Below, in pieces: positions 1 through 9,652 of a stretch of DNA of 64,000 nucleotides (position 1 is the stretch's first letter; each line of letters opens with the position of its first letter). Origin of the DNA: a virus (Duplodnaviria; Caudoviricetes); IMG/VR virus record IMGVR_UViG_2799112248_000007, positions 32,205-96,204 of that record. One strand, 5' to 3'. The translations under genes and the position numbers were made by a program. The notes beneath the pieces are model-generated. The model did not search any database. It had not been told where the DNA came from and was given only the letters and a program-made list of their open reading frames with translations.

Positions 1-489
1 TACCTAGCATTTTCACTTAGTATTTTAGATATCCTTAAATATAGAACCCATCAAAACCAATCTAAGGACAAAACACACAGCGAGTAAAATCAAATATATT
101 AATCGAAAGTAAATCATCCCTAGAATATGCCTTATACCCTCACGAATTTATTGAAAAGCGGTCTCTTACACACATAGCGACTATTAAACTTAGCAAAAAT
201 CTTGTGCTACTTCATAGCCAAGGTATGACAAAGTTGTAACTTCGCTTCACCTCATGTTGCTGATCGGAAAATCACGAGTAGTAGATGTTAAACCTAGTAT
301 CTAATAACCCCTTTTTCTTGCTTATATAAGCCATCCGCTTCTCTGTTTGATTTACAACTAAAACCGAATTTCTTGTGCCTATTTTCTTTAAATTTCCCTG
401 TTGCTAGTAGTTCATCAAACAATTCAAAAGTGTTAATATCTAGGTTTTAGAAGTTGTTAAACAAGTCTTTATCTATTTGTATAAATCAT
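1..489 (-). pseudogene. Degraded ORF of unknown product
   Basis: Minus-strand AAGGAGAG RBS and ATG at 489, followed by protein-like frames broken by stops and frameshifts. Confidence 0.3.
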
Positions 490-613
490 TCTCTCCTTAA
501 AACTCAAAAAGTGACGTTCAGGCACAGTACTATACTTTTTTTGTATATAATTATATAATTTTTGAGGTTTTACTATTAATTATCTTAGTAGATGATTGCA
601 ACTGTGCGTAACC

Positions 614-3058
614 TTATTGCAACTTAGCGACTTGCTTAATTACTGTCTCTATATCTCCTTTAGCTTTGTGTAATTCTCTAATCATATCACCTAAAAATGT
701 TTGACGGTTTCCACTAGCGTCTGTTCCGATTGCTTTAACTAAAGCAGATGATTGTACAAGTAATACACATTTCTTTGAAGCACGAGTGATTGCTGTATAA
801 ACCCACTGTCTACATAAAAGTGAATATGCAGAGTAATCTAATACAACTACTACGTTTTTGATAGTTGAACCTTGTATGCGGTGACAAGTTACAGTATAAG
901 CTAGTTCCAAACTATCGAGTTCTGATTGTTGGTAAATTTTAATTCCTAGTCCCTCGAAGTTAATCATCAAGCATTGAACTATTTTATTTGTGTTATAGTC
1001 AATTTTCTCAAACACATCTACAACTATCCCCATGGTACCATTGAATAAATCACCAGTGTTTGATGTTGGAATACTATCATAAAACTCAATTCTTTCCTCG
1101 TCAGTTTCCAATGTTAATAAGTATTCCTGAATCTCCTTTTCAGTTAACCCATTGTCTCGCACATTATAATAATGCTCTAAATCATCATAGTAGCTGATTT
1201 CGTAGCTATTGCCCTTTACAATAACCTTGTCACCTTCCCTGAAGTCATATCCATTGTAAGACACAAATGGCTTCTCTAGGTCATTAAAGATTGATTGAGC
1301 TAGGTTATTAATTGCTTTTGCTGACATAGCACCACGTTCTTTCATAGCCACAACAACTTGGAATTCCATTAGATCTTGAGGTGTTTTGATATTCTTTGCT
1401 TGACCTCTTAAAACTCTCTCAACGTTTTCGGGCATATCTTCTTTGTTTTGATAGCTGACCATAATCATATCTTTGTTCTTTCCAAACTTTATCATGCCCT
1501 CTTGGTTAGCAGAGCAAACTTGAACACCTTCACGAATCTTTGTAGCTAATTCAATGATTCCTGAATCTTGGGCTTGACGGTGAACTTGATTTAACTCAAT
1601 AGTTTTGAAGTATTGTGTTTGAAGTAAATCACGAAGCACATCCCCATGCCCAATACCTGAAAGCTGACCACTATCCCCTACTAAAATTACCTTAGTACCA
1701 TCTTGAATTTTAGATAACATTTGGCTAAACAGTCCTGCATCTACCATTGAACTTTCATCAATGATTATTACATCATAGAATGATTTACCATCACCGATTT
1801 CTTCATCATCTGACTTCTTCACACCAATTCCAAACGTGCGGTGAATTGTTGCAGAGTCAATATCTTTCGATAAAAGAACCTGTGAAGCTTTACCACTCAA
1901 TGCACATGCTTTATAAGTAAGGCCTAAAGAGTTTAATACCTCGACAATCCCTTTGACTACAGTGGTCTTACCTGTACCACCTTTACCATTTATAATAAAC
2001 ACACCGTGCAAAACACTCTCACGAATAGCATTTTTTTGCTCGTCAGTATATTTTACATTTAGCGCCGCCTCAGCGTCTTTGATTGCTTCATCAACATCAA
2101 AGCCAATTGGTGCTTCATATCTAGTAGCAAGTCTCAGTAAATTTCGTAATGTGTTGCGCTCATTGTTGTACATAAGAATAGAAGAAATTCTCTTATCCTC
2201 CTGTTGCCAATAGAAGTTTTTCTCACCATCCTCTGACTTCATATAGTTGCGAATATATGTGCCATTAACATCTAGTTCTTTGATAGCTTGTTCTAGGAAC
2301 TCCCGCTCATTGACCCACGAATGCCCTTGATTTGCAATTTCATTAAAGTAGTATTCTGAGTAAGCCTTAATGCGTTTTGAACCAAACTTATCTTCCCCAC
2401 GTATGAGAGCTACGTTGTCAATTCTTTTGAAGCTTAAACCTGAAACGATACATAGATAATATAAAGATTCTTTTGCTTTGAATAGTGCAATTGTAGAATT
2501 TCCAAACTTCTCAACAATCTTATTCAACATTCTCCCTGATGGGTTCAAGTCAGCAAGTTCCGCCATTAAAGCTCCTAAGTCTTTGTTTCGCTTGATTTCT
2601 CTTTTAATCTTTAGAGCTGTAGCTTCCCCGAAACCCTTTATTGTAGTTATATCAATTATATTATCTTTAATATCATCTACAATCATATTGTTAGGAAAGG
2701 CTTCAAGAATCAGCTTTGATTGATACTCTGATAGAACAGCTTGTAGGAAGCGCTGTTGTGCTTCAACTGTGTCAAGTGCTTCTATATGAATACGAATAAT
2801 CTCATAGAACTCACCATACTTAGCGTCTGTCTGCAAATCCGATACTTCAATGTCATACTCTTGCCCCACATTCATAGCCAATGGAATGTTACCTCTAATA
2901 ACAAAGTTGTTATAGCGATTCAGCTCAGGTTCGAAGTCACCCTCTATCTTAGTTGGTGCAACGCTCACAATGCCCCACATGCTTTCTTCCTTATAGTACA
3001 GCACCTTTGCAACCTTGACTTTTAAGCGGTTAGTATTTTGGTGTAAAATGTTTGGCAA
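614..3058 (-). CDS. recD2: ATP-dependent RecD2-like SF1B DNA helicase
   Basis: Walker A GKGGTGKTT, DESSM, VGDSGQL, HRQ, TCHRIQGS and YTAITRA motifs; N-terminal OB/HhH region (IKGFG). Confidence 0.92.
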   Translation of the reverse strand: MPNILHQNTNRLKVKVAKVLYYKEESMWGIVSVAPTKIEGDFEPELNRYNNFVIRGNIPLAMNVGQEYDIEVSDLQTDAKYGEFYEIIRIHIEALDTVEAQQRFLQAVLSEYQSKLILEAFPNNMIVDDIKDNIIDITTIKGFGEATALKIKREIKRNKDLGALMAELADLNPSGRMLNKIVEKFGNSTIALFKAKESLYYLCIVSGLSFKRIDNVALIRGEDKFGSKRIKAYSEYYFNEIANQGHSWVNEREFLEQAIKELDVNGTYIRNYMKSEDGEKNFYWQQEDKRISSILMYNNERNTLRNLLRLATRYEAPIGFDVDEAIKDAEAALNVKYTDEQKNAIRESVLHGVFIINGKGGTGKTTVVKGIVEVLNSLGLTYKACALSGKASQVLLSKDIDSATIHRTFGIGVKKSDDEEIGDGKSFYDVIIIDESSMVDAGLFSQMLSKIQDGTKVILVGDSGQLSGIGHGDVLRDLLQTQYFKTIELNQVHRQAQDSGIIELATKIREGVQVCSANQEGMIKFGKNKDMIMVSYQNKEDMPENVERVLRGQAKNIKTPQDLMEFQVVVAMKERGAMSAKAINNLAQSIFNDLEKPFVSYNGYDFREGDKVIVKGNSYEISYYDDLEHYYNVRDNGLTEKEIQEYLLTLETDEERIEFYDSIPTSNTGDLFNGTMGIVVDVFEKIDYNTNKIVQCLMINFEGLGIKIYQQSELDSLELAYTVTCHRIQGSTIKNVVVVLDYSAYSLLCRQWVYTAITRASKKCVLLVQSSALVKAIGTDASGNRQTFLGDMIRELHKAKGDIETVIKQVAKLQ

Positions 3059-3292
3059 TTTTATCCCTGCTTTCTCCTGAATATACTTAAACGGAACCTT
3101 TATATGTCGCTCCTTTAATATATAATTATATTACTTTTATAAACATATTTATATTAAAAACATATATAATTAAAAAATAATATATTTTTCAAAAAACACA
3201 TCCAAAAATTACGAAATAATATATAATGACTAAAGTCGAAATCAACTACAAAAGGTTGGTGAAGTTACATTATATAGGAAGGAAGATTTAGC

Positions 3293-3805
3293 ATGACACA
3301 CATTACTAGTAAGGACTTAATGTTTCAACCCTTCGTCATGAATGACATTGGCGTGGTTGAGCTTTTAATAGAGTTTAGATACAAATATGATGATAACCTT
3401 TTCTTAGGCGGCGGTAGCACACTTGATGTTACAGGGGTTAAAGCTGTTAATCAAGAAGTGATAGCGACTTATGCTTCATTAGATAGACTAATCAATCAAT
3501 GTAACTTCACGGATCAACAGTTACTTCTTATTAAAATGGTTGAAAAAGGCTACACCCATAGAGAAATCGGTGAAGCCATAGGCATTGAGAATCAGAATGT
3601 CAAGAAAGCGCTCAAGACCGTTTACAAAGCAGTCGTGAAAGAGAATGAGCGTCAATGGCGTAGAGTGATCTACACAAGCACTCTAGGTTTAAAAACAAAA
3701 CAATGTAACAAGTGCGGTGAACACCTACCTGCAACAAACGAGTTCTATAGTGACAATAAATCAGCAAAAGACCGGTTACTTTCCATCTGTAAAACATGTC
3801 GCTAA
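3293..3805 (+). CDS. Sigma70 region-4-like HTH regulator with C-terminal CxxC...CxxC Zn ribbon
   Basis: FTDQQLLLIKMVEKGYTHREIGEAIGIENQNV HTH; KQCNKC...SICKTCR; RBS GGAAGGAAG. Confidence 0.7.
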   Translation: MTHITSKDLMFQPFVMNDIGVVELLIEFRYKYDDNLFLGGGSTLDVTGVKAVNQEVIATYASLDRLINQCNFTDQQLLLIKMVEKGYTHREIGEAIGIENQNVKKALKTVYKAVVKENERQWRRVIYTSTLGLKTKQCNKCGEHLPATNEFYSDNKSAKDRLLSICKTCR

Positions 3806-3856
3806 AACACTTGTACAAAAAAGTATTGCAAATGTCACTTCCCACCGCCTTAAAGA

Positions 3857-4222
3857 ATGAGAGGGTTAATTAATAAAATGAAAATTTTACTACCACACCT
3901 AACGGTGAACTTAGATAGTTCGCTAAATTTAGCACAACGCAAGCAAGTCATTGAACACCTTCTTAACGAAGAAATTGAATTTCTAGCTCAGCCAATGACA
4001 TTGGAAGAATATCTATTGTTTACTTGGGAAAAGCAAAACACTAAAATAATTTTGGATATGTTCGCTTACTACCTCACTAAAGAGGAAAAGAATCTAGAAG
4101 TCTTATCTCATAAGAAAGTAAAGGAAATTAGCAAAGGTTCAGAACGCTATAGTAACTTCTCTTGTCTATCAGAAGAAGATAAGGAACAACTAGGAATCAC
4201 TACTAATAGTAGTGAAGATTAA
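3857..4222 (+). CDS. SPbeta-like phage hypothetical protein (YonP-like); likely start 3878
   Basis: Clean ORF upstream of HU; LDMFAYYL motif recalled from SPbeta-like phages. Confidence 0.5.
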   Translation: MRGLINKMKILLPHLTVNLDSSLNLAQRKQVIEHLLNEEIEFLAQPMTLEEYLLFTWEKQNTKIILDMFAYYLTKEEKNLEVLSHKKVKEISKGSERYSNFSCLSEEDKEQLGITTNSSED

Positions 4223-4325
4223 CTTATAATAAAAATAATATAATAATATATAATCGTTAATTTACTGTTCCAAAGGCGGTAAAAATCACATTTTATTTTT
4301 CAGAGAAAAAGGAGCTTATAACCAA

Positions 4326-4709
4326 ATGGCTAAATTAGGTCGTACAGATTTTATTACAGGAATCTTAGCTGAGGAACTACAAGCTACACTACCAACGGTG
4401 CGTGTATCAAAAGCGTTAGCTAAAGATATCTTAGAAGGTGACACAGATAGCGTAGAAATCCAAATAACAAAAGACTTCGGAACAGCAGTTCTTGATTCAG
4501 TAGAAAAAGCATATGTTCGTGCTATCGTTGAAAGTCAAGTTAATATTGGTTTTGGTACTTTAGGTCAGTTCAAGGTTGAAGTAAAACCTGAGCGTACTTA
4601 CCGTAACCCTCAAGGTGGTTCACCAGTGGTTAAACCAACTCACTTGGCTACAAAGTTTGCTGTTTCTAAAACTTTCAAAGAAGTATTAGAAAAAACAGTT
4701 ATTAACTAA
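4326..4709 (+). CDS. HU/IHF-family DNA-binding protein (YonN-like) with an N-terminal insertion
   Basis: GFGTLGQFKV...PERTYRNPQ...KFAVSKTFKE signature; AAGGAG RBS. Confidence 0.85.
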   Translation: MAKLGRTDFITGILAEELQATLPTVRVSKALAKDILEGDTDSVEIQITKDFGTAVLDSVEKAYVRAIVESQVNIGFGTLGQFKVEVKPERTYRNPQGGSPVVKPTHLATKFAVSKTFKEVLEKTVIN

Positions 4710-4723
4710 TTCAGTAAATGATC

Positions 4724-4754
4724 GGTGTGATACTGTGTGAGTTTCACCTTTTTT
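4724..4754 (+). terminator. Probable intrinsic terminator after HU
   Basis: Imperfect GGTG...CACC stem followed by a T-tract. Confidence 0.45.
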
Positions 4755-4774
4755 ATTCGGATTTTATTAAAAAA

Positions 4775-4836
4775 ACACCTTTTTTCAAATTATTTCGATA
4801 AAACAGTTTGTTAAAGTAATATAATAATATAATATG
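4775..4836 (+). promoter_or_regulatory. Repeated promoter-like motif, copy 1
   Basis: ACACC-T6-CAAATTATTTCGATAAAACAGTTTGTTAAA...AATAATATAATATG aligns with 42454-42518; contains TATAAT. Confidence 0.5.
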
Positions 4837-5164
4837 ATATACAAGGTGAGTCACTTACCTATTTAAGCTACTGCTAATAAACTTATTGAGCGCAAGGTGT
4901 TATTCCTACCTCTTTAACATCTTGCGAACATATGAGTAAGATAATAACTAAACTCACAAACAAGACAAACACATTAATTAGAATTAAGTAAACATCTGAG
5001 ACCCAATCAAGTACTACAAAAACAACTAAAAGAACTTTCGGTGCTACCTACCCTTCGCAAGATAAAGTGAGAAGTTCTTTTGATTTCATAACTTAAACCT
5101 CCTTAGAATCAAAGTTTGAGCGTAGTTCTTCCCTTAACTACGCTCAATGCTGAAAATCAAATAT

Positions 5165-5241
5165 GCGTCATTAGCTCAATGGATTAGAGCAACAGGTTTC
5201 TACCCTGTCGGTTGGGAGTTCGAATCTCTCATGGCGCGCCA
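5165..5241 (+). tRNA. tRNA-Arg (anticodon UCU)
   Basis: Acceptor GCGTCAT/ATGGCGC, D arm TAGCTCAATGGATTAGAGC, anticodon arm ACAGG-TTTCTAC-CCTGT, T loop GTTCGAATC, encoded CCA. Confidence 0.93.
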
Positions 5242-5250
5242 ATAAAATTT

Positions 5251-5325
5251 TGGGCATTTGACGTGGACTACGCCACTCGATTTTCTTTCGAGTATTTAGA
5301 GTTTCGAATACCCTATGCCCTACCA
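5251..5325 (+). pseudogene. Degenerate tRNA (Gln/Glu-like)
   Basis: GGGCAT/ATGCCC acceptor, CTCGA/TCGAG anticodon stem, TTCGAAT, terminal ACCA; D and T stems broken. Confidence 0.55.
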
Positions 5326-5339
5326 AAAAGGATATAACT

Positions 5340-5594
5340 ATGAATTACTATTTTTTAACATATGAAACTAACAACGAACTAGTTAATGAATCTTACTTGT
5401 ATTCTAAGGAATCTGACGATAGTATAGATAACCGTTGGAAGGAAAGAGCATTTGAAATAGCGTTGGATAGATATTTCGATATTTATGATGAAGAAGCAGA
5501 GAAGCTTGAGATTTTTGCTTCAAACACAGCAATATCGAAAGATGATTACACAATGTATAGAATAGATGGTTTAAAAAAATTAGAGTATTTATAA
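5340..5594 (+). CDS. Hypothetical protein
   Basis: 84-aa ORF with AAGGA RBS inside the tRNA region. Confidence 0.55.
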   Translation: MNYYFLTYETNNELVNESYLYSKESDDSIDNRWKERAFEIALDRYFDIYDEEAEKLEIFASNTAISKDDYTMYRIDGLKKLEYL

Positions 5595-5707
5595 AAAATT
5601 TTATCGTATCATTGCATGTTCGACCACAGCCTAATCAGCCAACAGGATTGAATCCTTATTTCACCTGTCTAAGTAAGCAAGCCTCTGTTCAACGCTCACC
5701 CCACTAT

Positions 5708-5780
5708 GCGCTCGATTAGATAGTGACATTACATCTGCTTTTTAATCAAAAAACAACAGTTCGATTCTGTTCCTGAGCTT
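5708..5780 (+). pseudogene. Degenerate tRNA (Lys-UUU-like)
   Basis: Intact T arm AACAG-TTCGATT-CTGTT, CATCTG-CTTTTTAA-TCA anticodon region, GCTC/GAGC acceptor remnant. Confidence 0.45.
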
Positions 5781-6106
5781 AATCTTATGAAGCTACCAAT
5801 TGCGTAAAAGAATAGACAGCAATTCTATTATCGCAGGTTAAAATCTTGTAGGTTGCTCTATGGGAGTTGGACAGAATGTCAACTGTTGCAAAAGCAGAGT
5901 AGATTCAAATCGTATCACCCCTCATATTACATCTTATATTCAAGAAACAAAAAGTTAATAAAATTTTTCGTTTACTCTCCTTTCGCTTTGTTTCCTGAAT
6001 ATAAGGTGTGATTCAGACACAGTAATCTTAAAACAATCTAAAGAATCATTATTATTCTTTAGGGTGAATGTGTCTACTACACAACTGAATATTAAGACAA
6101 TCAATT

Positions 6107-6145
6107 CACTATTAGAAAGGCGTAACTATTCTGATAGTGTTTTTT
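6107..6145 (+). terminator. Intrinsic terminator
   Basis: CACTATTAGAA/TTCTGATAGTG stem followed by T6. Confidence 0.6.
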
Positions 6146-6153
6146 GTTGTAAT

Positions 6154-6226
6154 TGGGGCTTAGTTTAGTGATAAAACGTTAGATCCCTAACCCAAAATCA
6201 TTGGTTCAATCCCACTAGCCCCTACA
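6154..6226 (+). pseudogene. Degenerate tRNA (anticodon possibly CCU)
   Basis: GGGGCT/AGCCCC acceptor, GTTT/AAAC D stem, GGTTCAATCCC T loop; anticodon stem mismatched. Confidence 0.55.
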
Positions 6227-6266
6227 ATAAAATATGGAATTTACTAGAGCAAAGGAGAAATAAGAA

Positions 6267-6521
6267 ATGTTACACATTAGAAAAATTAAGACTATGTATG
6301 GTCTTAGATATGCAGTAGTTGACTTATTCACACACTACGCAGTAAAGCTTGATAAATTTGGCAAGTCTGTGAAGAAAAATGGAAAAGTTGAATACGATAA
6401 AATGCAAACTTATCACGCTATAGATTACTGTGGTGGCGTTGCTATCTTCCCTGTTACACAAAATGGCTTATTACAAGCGAAAGCTGTTCAAAAGTCAGTT
6501 AAAGCAGGTGCTAAGAAATAA
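6267..6521 (+). CDS. Hypothetical phage protein
   Basis: AAGGAG RBS; stop overlaps the next start (TAATG). Confidence 0.65.
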   Translation: MLHIRKIKTMYGLRYAVVDLFTHYAVKLDKFGKSVKKNGKVEYDKMQTYHAIDYCGGVAIFPVTQNGLLQAKAVQKSVKAGAKK

Positions 6522-6775
6522 TGGCAAAGCGCACTAACTCAATAAAACTAAAAGGTAAACTTGATATTGATTGGACTTTAGGAGAGTTAATCGTAACTGA
6601 ATCTGTTAAAGATGGCGATTTCAAGTATAGCCTAAATAAATTACTTGAAGAATTTAACGGTAAAAACATCACTCTTTCTATCAAAGAAGAAGATTCAATT
6701 GCAACTATTAGCAAGTTCAATGTATCTTCTGAAACAGATGGAGAACAAGAAGATGACTTATTTAAGGAAGATTAA
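6521..6775 (+). CDS. YonK-family protein
   Basis: SIKLKGKLD...VTE...LLEEFNGKNITLSIKEE pattern; upstream of the phosphoesterase as in SPbeta. Confidence 0.7.
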   Translation: MAKRTNSIKLKGKLDIDWTLGELIVTESVKDGDFKYSLNKLLEEFNGKNITLSIKEEDSIATISKFNVSSETDGEQEDDLFKED

Positions 6776-6778
6776 TAG

Positions 6779-7963
6779 ATGAATACTAAACAACTTCCTA
6801 ATGAAATCGTTGAAGAATACAAGTATCGAATCTGTGAGAACAAAAAGCTTCTTGGTCTTACATGGGAAGGTATTAGTGACCTTCTTAACAAAGAGCTTAA
6901 ACTTAATTTCGGTGAATCATATTATCGCAAATGGTATAAAGCTTTCAAACAAGGTAGAGATTACGCTATTAAGCAGAGCGCTAATACCTCTGAAGAACTA
7001 GAAGAATTAAACGACAAAATTAAAGAGCTTGAGATTGCTAAAATGCAAGTTCAAGACCAAAAGCGTGAGTACAAACAATTTTTACGCCACGAGGCAAGAT
7101 TGGATAATTTGCTTAAAAAGCTGATTGACTCTATTAAAGATGAAATCAACTACGCTAGACCACTTAACTACAAGAAAGCAGATGTTAAATATAATGGTGA
7201 CACCTCTCTTACTTTAATCTTATCAGACCTTCACAAAGGAATGGTAACAGATAACCATTGGAACACCTTTAATGAAAAAGTGTTCTATGAACGCATTGAA
7301 CAAACAATTAATGAAATAATAGCTTATCAAGAGTTAACAGGAGCTAGAGAGCTTCATATCATGCAATTAGGTGATTTAATTGAGGGCAATCTACACCGCC
7401 TTACTAAGATTGGTGAAACAGAAACAGCAGTTGAGCAAACTAAGTCAGTAGCAGAAGCTTTGGCTAGACTTGTTGCTATTCTAGCAAACTACTTTGAAAA
7501 AGTTAAAGTTTACAGTGTCAAAGGTAATCATGACAGAATTTCTTCTCGCAAAGAGGAGGAAATTAAGACTGAAAGTTTTCATGATTTTGTCACATGGTAT
7601 ATGGGAGCTCGTTTAGAAAACTTGCCGAATGTTACTATGATGGACAACAAGTATGACAGCGAAATCATAGTAGCAACAATCTTAGGTAGAACTTACTTCG
7701 GTGTTCATGGTCACTTAGATAACTATAGCAAAGTGATTCAAGACCTAACAATGATGATTCAAAAGTTCCCTACTGCTGTTTTCGCAGGTCATATTCACAA
7801 GAATTTCGAGAATGAGATTCATGGCGTAGACCTAATAGTAAATGGTGGTTTTGCCGGAACGAACAACTATTCAAAAGACAGTCGCCTACTTTCTAAGGCA
7901 CATCAAAAACTACTATGGCTTGATAGAAATGGTCGTAAGGCTACATTCTATATCAAGTATTAA
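6779..7963 (+). CDS. Calcineurin-like metallophosphoesterase (YonJ-like)
   Basis: SDLH, LGDLIEG, GNHD, HGH and GHIH motifs after an N-terminal coiled coil. Confidence 0.88.
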   Translation: MNTKQLPNEIVEEYKYRICENKKLLGLTWEGISDLLNKELKLNFGESYYRKWYKAFKQGRDYAIKQSANTSEELEELNDKIKELEIAKMQVQDQKREYKQFLRHEARLDNLLKKLIDSIKDEINYARPLNYKKADVKYNGDTSLTLILSDLHKGMVTDNHWNTFNEKVFYERIEQTINEIIAYQELTGARELHIMQLGDLIEGNLHRLTKIGETETAVEQTKSVAEALARLVAILANYFEKVKVYSVKGNHDRISSRKEEEIKTESFHDFVTWYMGARLENLPNVTMMDNKYDSEIIVATILGRTYFGVHGHLDNYSKVIQDLTMMIQKFPTAVFAGHIHKNFENEIHGVDLIVNGGFAGTNNYSKDSRLLSKAHQKLLWLDRNGRKATFYIKY

Positions 7964-7968
7964 GGAGC

Positions 7969-8214
7969 ATGAGAACAATGGAAGAAACAAAATGTCAAGT
8001 ATGTACAACATATGAGGCTTTCGAAAATTTAATTGAAATCGGCACTGAACCTAAGCAAGCCTTTCATATTGTCGTATCACAGCTAATTGCAAGCACGTTA
8101 GAAACAGCTATTGAAGAAGCATATGACGAAGGTTATGAAGTAGGCTTCAAAGAAGCTTCTAATGATATAGCTGAAATCGTTGGTTCATATGCGAAAGCTG
8201 TAAAAGAAGCATAA
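7969..8214 (+). CDS. Hypothetical phage protein
   Basis: AAGGAG RBS; EAYDEGYEVGFKEA motif. Confidence 0.6.
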   Translation: MRTMEETKCQVCTTYEAFENLIEIGTEPKQAFHIVVSQLIASTLETAIEEAYDEGYEVGFKEASNDIAEIVGSYAKAVKEA

Positions 8215-8219
8215 ATTAC

Positions 8220-8416
8220 AAAAACTACTGTTAGATCTAAAAAACGACTAGAAATTAATCGTAATGATTTAATCGTTTTTCGATTAGCAACTACAAATTT
8301 AGTTTTAATCTCCCAGTCGCACTAGCGAAAAGTTTGAATGGGCTAAATTTAGCGTTGTTCAATACATTACTTTAGCTGAGCTAATTTCAATGAAATCAAC
8401 TCACCCCGCTTCTTAA
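8220..8416 (+). pseudogene. Remnant of a post-capsid (YonA-like) head-module gene
   Basis: Startless, frameshifted fragments KKRLEINRNDLIVFRLATTNLVLIS / SRTSEKFEWAKFSVVQYITLAELISMKSTHP, resembling from memory the protein encoded after the capsid gene in SPbeta-like phages. Confidence 0.45.
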
Positions 8417-8474
8417 GGACTCATATAGCGTTGCTTATGTAATAGAATTATTTAATATCAAAGGATAACACACA

Positions 8475-8783
8475 ATGATTGCAAAATTAGATTATTTAAA
8501 CTATATGCACTCATTAAAGGGCTCTATCTTTAAGATTTTGCCACTATATGAGGAAGGTGTTTCTACGCTACCTGACCACATAAATTCAGTTATTTTTGAG
8601 GTTCATAACGTAAAAGAAATCACATCTGAATATGATGGCGCATGGATTGTTCAAACTCATGCTATTCTTAATGGATTGCTTAAAGAGTGTATTAAAGCGG
8701 ACAATAAACCATTCATTAAAAGCAAAGTGTTTGGAACTATTGACACGATTGAAAAACAAATTAAAAAACTAGAACAGGAATAA
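8475..8783 (+). CDS. SPbeta-like conserved late protein (YomY-like)
   Basis: IFKILPLYEE motif; position between head and tail modules. Confidence 0.6.
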   Translation: MIAKLDYLNYMHSLKGSIFKILPLYEEGVSTLPDHINSVIFEVHNVKEITSEYDGAWIVQTHAILNGLLKECIKADNKPFIKSKVFGTIDTIEKQIKKLEQE

Positions 8784-8787
8784 TGTA

Positions 8788-9130
8788 ATGTTCAGCGCTT
8801 ATAGAAAAAGGGTTCGAGCTAATGATAACACAATTTATGACTTATAAAATTCCACAAAAAGACAAATGGTGAACTATATCTTAGATTCTCCTTCCCTATC
8901 TTATGTTTTTATTGATATGCAGGAAACATTACCAATCCCTAGTATCGTAAATGACATTAGACCTTTTTATGGGCGTAGATTTTCCTAATGGTTCAGTTAT
9001 TGTAAAACTACCTTAGAAAATCACATTCCTGAAATTAACTCAACTGTAACCATTTATGAGTATAAGTATCAAGTTGCTGTATTAACAGTATTGGTTACAT
9101 TGAAGTCCAGCTGCAAAGGATTCCAATAAC
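8788..9130 (+). pseudogene. Decayed head-tail joining (YomX-like) gene
   Basis: ATG MFSAYRKRVRA... with an in-frame TAA, continuing ...YILDSPSLSYV, then frameshifts and deletions. Confidence 0.5.
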
Positions 9131-9652
9131 ATGATTAAACAAAGTTCAACAGTAGAGTTCTTCTCAAACATATATCAAATTTTAATCACTGATGAAGAAC
9201 TAATGAGATTATTAAAATATGAGCCTAAAGGATATGACACTCAAGAAAACTACCATCCCGACCCACTTGACCCTGAGTTACCAAACTTAGTTAACATTGA
9301 AAGGGATGATTATTGGAAACTAGTTGATGAGAGAGTCGTTTTAGGCGAAAAAACCTCTGACCTAATAGAAAATAAACTATGCAAGATTTACATTTACGAA
9401 GGTAGACGTAGACCTGTAATTGAAAGCTATCTAGTAGCACAACAAGAGGTTAACATTGACATTTTTATTCATGAATCATTTGACAGAGATTTAAGAATAT
9501 CTCGAATATCTGACAGGATTAATGAGCTGATAGCGCTAGAGCGCATTGCAGGCTTTGGTAAGCTCGAATACAAAGCAGGCAACCCTCGTGAAGCCCCAAC
9601 ACATTATAGACGCTTCTTACATCAATACACAATGAATGTGAGTAAGAAATAA
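9131..9652 (+). CDS. Tail terminator/completion protein (YomW-like)
   Basis: DEELMRLLKY...VNIDIFIH...RISRISDRINELI...GFGKL pattern; synteny. Confidence 0.6.
   Translation: MIKQSSTVEFFSNIYQILITDEELMRLLKYEPKGYDTQENYHPDPLDPELPNLVNIERDDYWKLVDERVVLGEKTSDLIENKLCKIYIYEGRRRPVIESYLVAQQEVNIDIFIHESFDRDLRISRISDRINELIALERIAGFGKLEYKAGNPREAPTHYRRFLHQYTMNVSKK

Noticed and set aside
5048-5104. Minus-strand AAGGAGG + ATG mini-ORF (MKSKELLTLSCEG) as a type I toxin
   Set aside because: Only 13 codons and not hydrophobic; better explained as the complement of a C-rich plus-strand motif
5861-5925. Additional tRNA relic (Cys-GCA-like)
   Set aside because: Only a TTGCAAA loop and a TTCAAAT-like T loop are visible; too degenerate to call
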